From: Haliotis rufescens
Taxonomy: Eukaryota
DNA: 57,065 nucleotides
Reading direction: 5' to 3'
Assembly (NCBI RefSeq): GCF_023055435.1
Contig: NW_025964223.1
Location: forward strand, 51,032,936 to 51,090,000
The position numbers were made by a program, and so were the translations under genes. The notes under the pieces were generated by a model. That model had not been told where the DNA came from and made no database searches. It saw only the letters and a program-made list of their open reading frames with translations. Shown here piece by piece: positions 47,457 to 57,065 of the stretch; the first letter of the stretch is position 1, and every line of letters starts with the position of its first letter.

Positions 47457-48156
47457 CACTTACTAAGAGGTCCAGGGGCCGTATTCATAATGATTCTCAG
47501 AATTGTCTTAATAATACTCTTAGCGGAGAGTTACACTAAGCAGTAAAGTCATAATAGCTCTGAGAGTTACCCTTAGCCAAGGGCAAAGCAAAACTCGGAG
47601 AATAACTGTCAGAATGAATTTCCACCGTTTCTAAGGTAAGTCCTGTGCTAATTATAGACATATTAGTACTCTGACCTTTGAGGTTACATGACATAACATA
47701 TCATGTGATGTGTCATGTTACTCATGAACATGTTAGCAAGAACATGTTCAGAAATTGAGTGTCTAGCATTAATATTAACTTATGATGTTAACTTTGACTA
47801 GGTGACAAATTAGTTATTCACCCAAATGTATTTGCCATGAATCCTTTTAGTTTTGCGTTATTGAGTCTACCTGAACCTAACGCAATGTAGAAAATATCTA
47901 CTAAAATATGGAACACTTTTGAAATGATTGAGGTTGTGAAAAGGTTGTTCAAGGGCTTGACAGCAAATATGAAAGCAAAAGGCTGTTTCAAGATCACACA
48001 GGTTTCATTTTCAAATGCCTTTAAATCCTTGCTGAAATGGTTTTTTTATGACAAACAGGTTCTTAATTTATTGTAGACCTCTTTTCCTAATGTGTCTGTT
48101 TTGACAAATGAATCACATTTTCAAAAGATGCTTTTATAAAATAAGATGTGGTAATG

Positions 48157-48983
48157 TACAGAAGCGTAGTAGGGCCACGGTGAAATTCTTTTTTGTCTAA
48201 GTATCTCCTACGTAGGACTTATTATCTCCCACGTAGGACTTACACTCTTACGTAGGACTTACTATGGCCTAGAATCACAATCTCCTACGTACGACTTAGT
48301 ATCTCCTACGTAGGACTTCCTATCTCCTACGTAGGAGATACTAAGTCCTACGTAGGAAATATTTATTCTAGTCCATAGTAAGTCCTACGTAAGAGTGTAA
48401 GTCATACGTGGGAGATAGTAAGTCCTACGTAGGAGATACTAAGTCCTACGTAGGAGATAGTAAGTTCTACGTAGGAGATAGTAAGTCCTACGTAGGAGAT
48501 ACTAAGTCCTACGTAGGAGATATTTATTCTAGTCCATACTAAGTCCTACGTAGGAGATAGTAATTCTAGGCCATACTAAGTCCTACGTAGGAGATAGTAA
48601 GTCCTACGTAGGAAAAAGTGATTCTAAGCCATACTTAGTCCTACGTAAGATATAATAAGTCCTACGTAGGAGATAGTAAGTCCTACGTAGGAGATAGTAA
48701 GTCCTACGTAGGAGATAGTAAGTCCTACGTAGGAGATACTAAGTCGTACGTAGGAGAAAGTGATTCTAGGCCATAGTAAGTCCTACGTAAGAGTGTAAGT
48801 CCTACGTGGGAGATAGTAAGTCCTACGTAGGAGATACTAAAACATACGTAGGAGATAGTAAGTTCTACGTAGGAGATAGTAAGTCCTACGTAGGAGATAC
48901 TAAGTCCTACGTATAAGATAATAAGTCCTACGTCGGAGATACTTAGACAAAAAAAATCACCGTGGCCCTACTACGCTTCCGTA
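48157..48983. mobile_element. Non-autonomous DNA transposon with 6-bp TSD (IS3EU-like) filled with 21-bp palindromic repeats
   Basis: TIR TAC(A/G)GAAGCGTAGTAGGGCCACGGTGA...; TSD GTAATG at 48151-48156 and 48984-48989; internal unit AAGTCCTACGTAGGAGATA(G/C)T. Confidence 0.88.
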
Positions 48984-50499
48984 GTAATGGCAGTGTTAAC
49001 ATGATAGGTTTACTATTGTCTAGGTTCATGAAATTATAAATAAGGCAACCGTGCTTACTCGCAGATAGCATTGAATTCGTGTAATCCCGAGAGGAAAACA
49101 CCCGGATAAATAGACTAATGGTAAAACCCCAACACTACCCAAACAAATTCCTATCAGTGACATTGTGTTGAACATAATGGAATAAATACATTCTACGAAA
49201 CAGATTTATTTTACATGGGTTTGAGTGTCATTGTTTATTCCAAAATTCCCAAAGCACATTCATCCATTAGTGACATTGTACATAGATCTTTAGTATGTGC
49301 TGCTGTCCCAAGGCTGTCTTATACAAAGCTATATGGCAGTTTTATGTAGATTAGTGAATCACTGTGATTACAATTCTCCTGATTGGTTCAAAACTGGAGT
49401 GTTTACCGTCAACCGTCTGGTTGCTATTATCATCCATTATGTATGAGTATGATTTATTGTGCTTGCATTACAGTGCCCGCATCTGTATGTGGCTACGTTA
49501 ACTCAACACGTAGTGTCTTAGGGATGATCATAGAAGGGCAGTGGTGACCGGCAATTCGGAATTCCACAACAATATCATTTAGGTGACGAATACGACTCCC
49601 TGAAGACTTCCACATAATTATATATATTACTATAAAACGTTAACGCAAGAGAACAACCGATTCCGACCATCCGCTGAAACAGATTCCACCTGTAAGTACA
49701 TATAGTTGAATGTATTAACATAAGTTATTAGAAAAGATTTAAAGAATGTACACAAAATGTCGTTGTAACGTTGGGCACTTATTTTCAAATATATTGTGTT
49801 AAGTAAATGATTGACTTGTTGTACACGATTGGTACTAGGGCATATCCTGATCAACATAATTCCTGAATACCTATGCATGTAGGCCTTTATTACAACCAGA
49901 AATAATGTTTAGATATCACGACGCTGTAGCGTTAGTCCGTTGTGGGAGTTTACATTTAGAACGTGGGTGATATTTTTTGTACATACTGCAATGTTGGTGA
50001 AATTGATCAATAACACTTTTTGTTTATATGTACAGAAATAATTTGAAATGAAAATTAATAAAAAAGGAAATACTATAATTTCGAATCGAGAGAAAATGTG
50101 TATGCTGTGTGCTTAATTTAATCTAACATTACAGCTAAATTATACTGCAGAGAACCCTTCAAAGACCTTTCATGTCAAACTCAAAACGTCATCTATGGCA
50201 TTGACTGTACCCGTTGGTTGCGTTATCTTCGAGCGACACAACAACAATTATCGACAACATAGATCTGACATTAACAGAAATGTTTTCAGTTGACTCCACC
50301 AACATTTATATTCTGAATATCACTCCATCCTTTGCATGCAAGTTAGTATATGAAGATAGTATCTCAATCATCTAATAGCCTTGGATGACGGATGACCAGA
50401 TAATATAATTGGATCCGACTGTGTACAGCAATTGCACACGGATATAATGATGAAATAAAAGGCAGTCTTTCAACATAAACGCGACAGAAAGCATTTTCA

Positions 50500-50815
50500 T
50501 ATTCATAAGAAATCTCCATTGTCCCCTGTACGATTCCCACAATATCATAAGCATATGTTTATGAATCACTATGGTGTTCGCGAAAAGGTGAGCGTACCCT
50601 GCTCTATCGGTGTCAAACATATGCAAGTCAGTTCGCCTTGAAAATATCCAACAGAGCAGCATATGGTACCAATCAAAACAGGGAATTTCACTGGGCATAA
50701 TGTTGGTCACTGATAAGTCAATTTTGGAAATGTCCTCCATATTTCTGAAATATTTTTTTAAGCTCCAATGAGACCATGAATTGTTTAACCCTGATGAAAC
50801 AACATGCTCGATTGT
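50500..50815 (-). mobile_element. Penelope-like (Naiad-type) RT C-terminus and 3' UTR remnant
   Basis: Minus strand gives LFHQG...MEDISKIDLSVTNIM, then gatagagcagggtacgctcaccttttcgcgaacacc core. Confidence 0.55.
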
Positions 50816-50862
50816 TCGCTAAATGTTATAAAATGTAGACACTAAAAGGCTGGAGCTTCTGG

Positions 50863-51106
50863 TTGGTTGGTTGGTTGGTTGGTTGGTTGGTTTATTGTTT
50901 AACGCCGCACTCAGCAATATTCCAGCTATATGACGGCGGTCTGTAAATAATCGCGTGATTAATATCATGAGCATCGTTCCACGCAATTGGGACCGATGAC
51001 ATGTATAAACCAAGTCAGCGAGCCTGACCACTCGATCCCGTTAGTCGCCTTTTACGGCAAGCATTGGTTGCTGAAGACCTATTCTACCCCGGAATCTTCA
51101 CGGGTC
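50863..51106 (-). mobile_element. Full-length family C element, single-hairpin variant
   Basis: Reverse complement starts GACCCGTGAAGATTCCGGGG; (CCAA)n tail; TSD TGGAGCTT(C/A)TGG. Confidence 0.9.
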
Positions 51107-51199
51107 TGGAGCTTATGGAATACCTCCCAACTTTTGAGGTACAATCTAGCATGCTCTTTCTACGATGATTTCAAAGAGCGTCATATGACTGATGTGGCG

Positions 51200-51450
51200 T
51201 CCTAACGCTGCCGTTACCTCTTCCGTTGTTGTGGCGAACCTGTTGCGCAAATGCAAACTGTGCAAGTACCAGTTATCCTGTTATCCAGCTATCGTCTCGC
51301 GTGGTCTGCCTGATCGTGCCCTGACCTGTGCAATGCCAGTCTGTCTCTGATGTTTAAACAGACTGACGATGGTTGCACGTGTACAGTTGAAATTCCTTTT
51401 GCAATCTTGGCGTGGATGTCCCTATTTTCATTATTCATTCATACAACGAA
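51200..51450 (-). mobile_element. Tc1 N-terminal HTH remnant
   Basis: Minus strand NFNCTRATIVSLFKHQRQTG...RARSGRPRET. Confidence 0.6.
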
Positions 51451-52031
51451 CGGGTCGTGTTTTGCACTTAAAGTTTGCAGTGTTTCGGCGACTGTTTTCA
51501 TCCTGGTAAGCTTTTGACAAAAGGAAGCGTTTATAATTCTTTGGTCAAATCGAAGTTTCTAGTGTATACTCGTATTTTCTTACCCCGGCAATTTAGTTTG
51601 AATCGTACAATGGTATTTTTGATGATTATGGAAGTTCTTTGTCGCTTTTATTTATAAGAAAAAAAACAGTTAAGAAAATTTGCTACTGTCAAAAGATCTC
51701 TCTATTTGAATATTTGATTATATTAATTACAGAAACATTACCATGTGTTATACTAAATACATTTTTGATGAAACAATGTTTAGTAAAGTTTGACAAATAA
51801 TAAGAAATGTCTTGTCTATTTTCAATTGTACCGAAATTTAAAATCAAGAAATATTCTTAAATGACATGGGAACAAATATTGCTTTATTATTATGACAACA
51901 CAATATAGGATTAATCAATTTATTTTCCACTGATTACAGAATCTAATTCATTTCTGCAAATGGAGGTCCTGACGTAGAAATCAATAATAAATACTATTAG
52001 TTAAATGTCAGTTACATCCCAAAGCCATACT

Positions 52032-52319
52032 GGGAGCACGGGTGGCCCAGTCGTCTAAGGCGCCGCAATTCACTGTGCAGAGTTGCGTCCCTTGGGCACG
52101 CTCTAAACCTATAATTGGGTGTTCGAATCCCGGTTCGCCCCGATAATGTTTCTAGGTTTGTCAGCACCATACCCGTGCTCGTGGGTTTCACCAAGTGGTA
52201 AACGCCTGAGACCTGCATCACTTCGGGCTTTCCTCCCACAATAAGCTGACACGCCGTGATATAACTGGAATATTGTTAAAAGCGGCGTTAAACCCAACAC
52301 ACTCACTCACTCACACTCA
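52032..52319 (+). mobile_element. Full-length family A SINE with 13-bp TSD
   Basis: CCAAAGCCATACT at 52019-52031 and 52320-52332. Confidence 0.93.
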
Positions 52320-52689
52320 CCAAAGCCATACTACCGAAATTAAAGCAAAGTAAATGTCAGATAGGTACTTTTGTGTGTGTGTTACAGGGAGACGGCTACA
52401 TCACTTGAAGATGAAGGAGGAGAGTAAAGCTTCATTTGATGTTGCTTTGTCTGCATTAGGTGGCCAATTCGGCTGTTCCATTCAAGGGCCATTCGAAGCA
52501 ATAGACGAGGCTGAAACCTTGAAGGTATGTGTAAGATTTACACCTGTATCTCATCAGGAATAATATTTTTTAGAACCTATTAAAGGCTCGTTGTAAGATT
52601 GATCAATGTGCCTGACCTCTCCATGTATGTTTGTCAAAGCGAAGAAAATACATACCACACGCTAACCAGATGTTCTTCTGACATTAGGT

Positions 52690-52930
52690 ACGGGCACGGG
52701 TGGCCCAGCTGTCGGAAGCGCCGTAATTCCTAATTATAGTCGGATGGAATCCCAGATTCGCCCAAAATGCTTCTAGGCTTGTAGGCACCAAACCCGTTCT
52801 TGTTGGGTTCATCAAAGCGGTAAAACGTCGAAGACATGTATTATCTTTGGCTTTACCAATACAACATGGTGACACACTGATTATAACCGAAATACCTTTT
52901 AAAGCAGCGTACAAAAGTCAACTCACTCAC
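52690..52930 (+). mobile_element. Degenerate family A SINE
   Basis: gggcacgggtggcccag...ttctaggcttgt..gcacca...aaagcagcgt..actcactcac. Confidence 0.75.
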
Positions 52931-53529
52931 CGGCGCATTTCTGAATTTCTATCAGAACGATTCTGCGATATTATATCCTGCATAATTGTACTCTGTAGTT
53001 GTCTTGTGTTTTGTCTATGGCGTTTTGTGTTCATTTCTCTTTGTTAAAACCAATTTGTTTTTCATTTGAAACATTGGCATTTTCGAAAATTATGGAAAAG
53101 TGTAATAAATTGAACAACCTCGCAGTTTTCTTTGTCCTTTACGACAAGGTGGTGGGCCAACCTAGTGGTTAGGGGTTCACTCGTCACGTTGAAGGCCCAG
53201 ATTTAATCACACTGAAAATTCCATACTGGACCACTTCTAGTCATTGCCAGCAATGGCAGGGCCACATATCGTATGTTTAAACAACCCACGCTACCCTTCA
53301 GATGCACAATTAACATTTGAAACTGATATATTTTTGAAAAGGCAGTTTTCGATCCCCTCATAATGAACATAATTCCTGTATCCTACGTTGCTGCTACGTG
53401 GTCATTTCATTTTGTTCTGTACAATTTTGTTGAAAGAAGGAATACCTCTTCGTATTTGCTAACCCTAAGCTACCACCAAGCTACCATCAAGAAGTCATAA
53501 CATCTGACGTTATTCATCACACAAGTCTA

Positions 53530-54480
53530 AAATGAATACTTTAATTTGTCTGCAACGCTCGGGGCGACTACGGGCTACTGGCCTGCTGGAAACTGGCAGA
53601 AGTCGACGTGCTGTGACCAATAAGCTTAATGTTTCACAGTCAATGACTAGCAGACTGTGTAACAGGTACGACCAAACCTAAAATGTTGACGATCGACCCC
53701 GTTCAGGGCCTTTCAGTTGAACGACAAGAGTACAGGATCGATTGATCCAAAACCCTGCTCCAGGAAAATTGAGCTCAAACGGCAATTCACATTGCTGCAA
53801 AAAAAAAAGGCTACTGTAGTGCGAGTTACTTGTCAGGCGATTAAAACTCGTCTACTTGCAGCTCATCTCCATGCTCGACGTCCAGGTGTTGTACCGACCC
53901 TTACAAATCATCAAACTGCCAGCAGACTTGACGGTCCACACAACGTCGACACTGGGGTAATCGTCGCCGGTCACGTGTCATGTTTTCAGACGAGTTCCGA
54001 TCCACTTTGCAACTCCTTGACAGGCGTGGTCGTGTCTGGCGACGTCAAAATGAACGTCAATCGAACGTCAACAGGAGACCTCGGGACTTATTGGGCGGTG
54101 GATCGGCTATGGTGTGGGGCGGCATCACTATAACTGACCGAACCCCATTCCATGCTGTTCAAGGAGGAGTCACTGAACAGTGCTATCGGGACAACATACC
54201 GACATCCTTTGTTGCCTCGTTTGCAAGGCGTGTGGGTTGACGTTTTGTCTTTCAGGACGGCAACGCCCGTGCTCACCGTGCACGAATCGTCAATGCTCAC
54301 CTTCAGCAGCACAACATCCATAGAATGCCATTCCCAGCAATGAGCCCTGACTGTTTCCCCATTGAACACGTTTGGGACATGATAGGGTGACGTGTGCGTG
54401 TACGTTCATGCTGGTTGAACTTGGCCAGGTGCGTGAAGGAATTTTTGGCACATCGTGGCGGTATTACGCACTACTAATGA
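53530..54480 (+). mobile_element. Tc1 transposase pseudogene
   Basis: VDDRPRSG, VMFSDEFR, GGGSAMVWGGI, FQDGNARAHRARIV, PAMSPDCFPIEHVWD; multiple stops and frameshifts. Confidence 0.88.
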
Positions 54481-54644
54481 AAATAACCCCGTCAACTTTG
54501 AAATTGCCATCTTACCCCTATCATCCTTCGGATTGTTGGCAGTCATAACATATTCTGCCATACTTCACTTCCGGTTGTAATGTGTTCTCAGTTCGTTCCA
54601 CGTTTAACGACTTACACCCTGTTAGAGAGAAAAGAATTATTCCA

Positions 54645-54751
54645 TACACACCATCCATTCACACCACACACGCACACGCACACACACACACTACACCACA
54701 CCACACATCAACACACAGCACACACATCACACATACACAAACACACCAACA

Positions 54752-54786
<35 letters not shown>

Positions 54787-54910
54787 GCGCACATACAGAC
54801 CACATGCAAGCGCATACGCACTTCATACACACAAACCACACACGCACACCACACACACACACACACGCACGCACGCACGCAAGCACGCACGCACACACAC
54901 ACACACAACA
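54645..54910. repeat. Compound (CA)n/(CACG)n microsatellite
   Basis: Direct inspection. Confidence 0.95.
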
Positions 54911-55056
54911 AACAATATTGTGCCTACTGATTTCAACTTCTCTATTCATTCAATGCGGCGTCATGGTATTGATGCTAGTACTGTATGCATCAGGACCGAA
55001 ACGCCGCATTAAACCACAAAGAGGTTGAAGTCCTCCATGTCTTCATATTGATACTA

Positions 55057-55323
55057 GACCCGTGAAGATCCGGAGTAGAATAGGTCTTCAGCAACCCTTG
55101 CTTGTAGTAAAAGGCGACTATGCTTGTCGTAAGAGGCGACTAACGGGATCGGGTGGTCAGACTCGCTGACTTGGTTGATGCATGTCATCGTATCCCAATT
55201 GCGCGGATCGATGCTCATGATATTAATCACTGGATTGTCTGGTCCAGACTCGATTATTTACAGACCGCCGTCATCGAGGTGAAAGATCGCTGAGTACGTC
55301 GTTAAACAACAAACAAACAAACA
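55057..55323 (+). mobile_element. Full-length family C SINE-like element with perfect 14-bp TSD
   Basis: TCATATTGATACTA at 55043-55056 and 55324-55337; starts GACCCGTGAAGATCC; (CAAA)n tail. Confidence 0.95.
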
Positions 55324-55649
55324 TCATATTGATACTACAGCTTTCATAATGCCACTTACCGACACAAATATATCTCTGCAACTGTTCATGTTCACAGAAC
55401 CCAGATGAAAGTACAGTCACCCCTCCACCAGATGGAGGCAAAGGTTGGTTTATCTTATTGGCGGCCTGTCTTCTACTCTCCGCAAGATCCATATATATTA
55501 TACTTCAGCCAAACTCATTATCAGTTGCGCAAAGTCCCGAAACAACCACACCAGCAGAAAAGACATCGAGTGTCAACGGGATCTCAGGTCTGCAGTCTAC
55601 AACGGCCTTTCCCCATGGATCTCCAGCTCGGGGGGCAGGAGGTAAATAT

Positions 55650-56060
55650 AAGCGACGAATCAGTTATCACAAGAAATCCCTCGTTGTGCGATGTGGATTA
55701 TTTCATAAGCACGGAACGCTCCCAAATAGTGATGATAACAGGTGTTCGAGAAAGTCTATCCTGCCCTAACGGTGACACCCGTCCCAAACACAAGCAAGCG
55801 CAAGTCAGTTGTTCACCGGAAACAACACACGTGAACATATGGTAAAAGTCAAAATAGGGAATTGCATAATTTTTGTCACAGATGCGTCAAATTTGGAAAT
55901 GTCCTCTATATGTCTACCATAAAACAGTTCTTTAATACTAGTATCAGATGTATTCTCATGAATAATATCATTAATGTAACATATCTTAACTTTTGAATAA
56001 CACTTTCGTAGTGAAGTACAACTTCGAGTATTTGTTGGGGTGGAATCCCATTTGGACACT
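55650..56060 (-). mobile_element. Penelope-like (Naiad-type) RT C-terminus and 3' UTR remnant
   Basis: KELFYGRHIEDISKFDASVTKIM resembles the KFYGRH end of these RTs; followed by the shared UTR core. Confidence 0.55.
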
Positions 56061-56587
56061 CTCAGCCTAAGGCACCTAATCGCCAGCACACAGTCAGCGG
56101 TCAAACCCACTCAGCCACAAAAATGGAAGTCCAAAAACTGATAAATGTAAATTGTCACGGCTCGCATAGCCGAATGCTATGAACAGTCTAGTATAGAAAG
56201 TGGTCAAATGTAACATATTATATATTTTGGATTACACTTTCTTAGCTAATATCGTTAATTATGGCTGCTTGGATGTAAGAATTAATTTCTTGTTGACCTA
56301 TTTATCTATAAATCCGAATATGAATATTTCAAAGTAGTTTTCTGCTTAGTTTTTATCCTGAGGCAGTCCTATGTGATTTAATTTTATAAGATGGTAAGCA
56401 GAGAAATAAAATAACATCATCTACCTTGAAACGACACCTCTCTGCGTTAAGATACAGATCGTGTGAATATATACGGAAATATAACCCATTATTAATTAGT
56501 TGCCGTGAATGTATATGTGCAATGTCAACAAGTTATGTGTCCAATTAATGTGAAATGCCAAGGTCAATATCAAGGCCATTCATGGTA

Positions 56588-56761
56588 CAGTAAACTACGG
56601 TTATAACGAACTCAAAGGGACCACTAACTTTAGTTTGTTATAACCGTAGTTCGTTTTAAGCATATATTCAGCATAACTAAAACAAAAGTCGGGACAAAAA
56701 AATCAGTTCGTTATATCCGTCAGTTCGTTATAAGCGTGTTCGTTATAAACGTACTTTACTC
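56588..56761 (-). mobile_element. Second copy of the TA-flanked CAGTAAAC MITE
   Basis: Reverse orientation of 16859-17033, with TA flanks. Confidence 0.85.
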
Positions 56762-56952
56762 TAAGTGGAAAACGTTATAAGAGTGTATGAAGAACGCGTG
56801 ACTTTGTTATTTAAGTTAGCTTGACACACTGTTTTGGTTGAAGTCATTCGTGCATTGCATCTGGAATGTGACACGAACAATCATTTGATTACATACTAAT
56901 ATATTTAAAAGTGACTTTGGTATCAGTGAAGAAAGGATTCCTGTATGATTCT

Positions 56953-57065
56953 GAGTGAGTGAGTGAGTTGGGTGTAACGCCGCTTTGAACAGTTTTCCAG
57001 TAAACAGTTATATCGCGGCGTGTCAGCTTCATGTGGAAGGAAAGCCCAAAGTGATTCAGCTCTCA
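56953..57065 (-). mobile_element. Family A SINE 3' end (runs off the window)
   Basis: (GAGT)n ttgggtgtaacgccgctttgaacag...tgtcagctt.atgtgg.aggaaagccc. Confidence 0.85.

Noticed and set aside
48200-48940. CRISPR-like palindromic repeats
   Set aside because: The spacers are themselves repeated, and the array lies inside TIRs with a TSD.
50791-50823. Second hammerhead (CTGATGA-AACAA...TTGTT)
   Set aside because: Lacks the GAAA core; better explained as the antisense of the LFHQG coding remnant.
51071-51100. Antisense hammerhead in the family C head (CTGAAGA-CC...GG-AAT)
   Set aside because: GAAA is absent and stem II has only 2 bp.
54580-55028. His/Thr- and Cys/Val-rich ORFs
   Set aside because: Translations of the (CA)n/(CACG)n microsatellite.

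Overview
Eukaryotic, AT-rich, repeat-dense DNA with spliceosomal introns. The SINE families and single-exon TLRs suggest a marine mollusc, probably an abalone-like gastropod (inference). Host genes, all on +: two tandem paralogues of a type-II membrane SGNH/PC-esterase-like protein with a Cys-rich stalk (1510-3169 and 12453-14158, two coding exons each), one intact Toll-like receptor (23309-25780), and a second TLR with an intact ectodomain but a TIR broken by a TGG>TAG stop and a retroelement-derived 3' end (39462-41879). A 7.2-kb, 36/37-bp satellite with higher-order repeats lies between the TLRs. The rest is mobile DNA: several SINE families sharing a 3' tail, Tc1 and pogo-like remnants, LINE RT fragments, Penelope-like remnants and MITEs. 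There is an assembly gap at 16430-16622. Strongest leads: (1) a SINE-like family with no Pol III A/B boxes, whose full-length copies start at the same G and whose head folds into a pseudoknotted RNA (candidate ribozyme or RNA promoter); (2) an intact minimal hammerhead ribozyme in a Penelope remnant; (3) a pogo-like transposase inside TGT...ACA ends with a 4-bp CCGG-site duplication; (4) the TIR-truncated TLR; (5) an apparent local SINE 3' transduction. All folds and alignments were done by eye; no database search was run.
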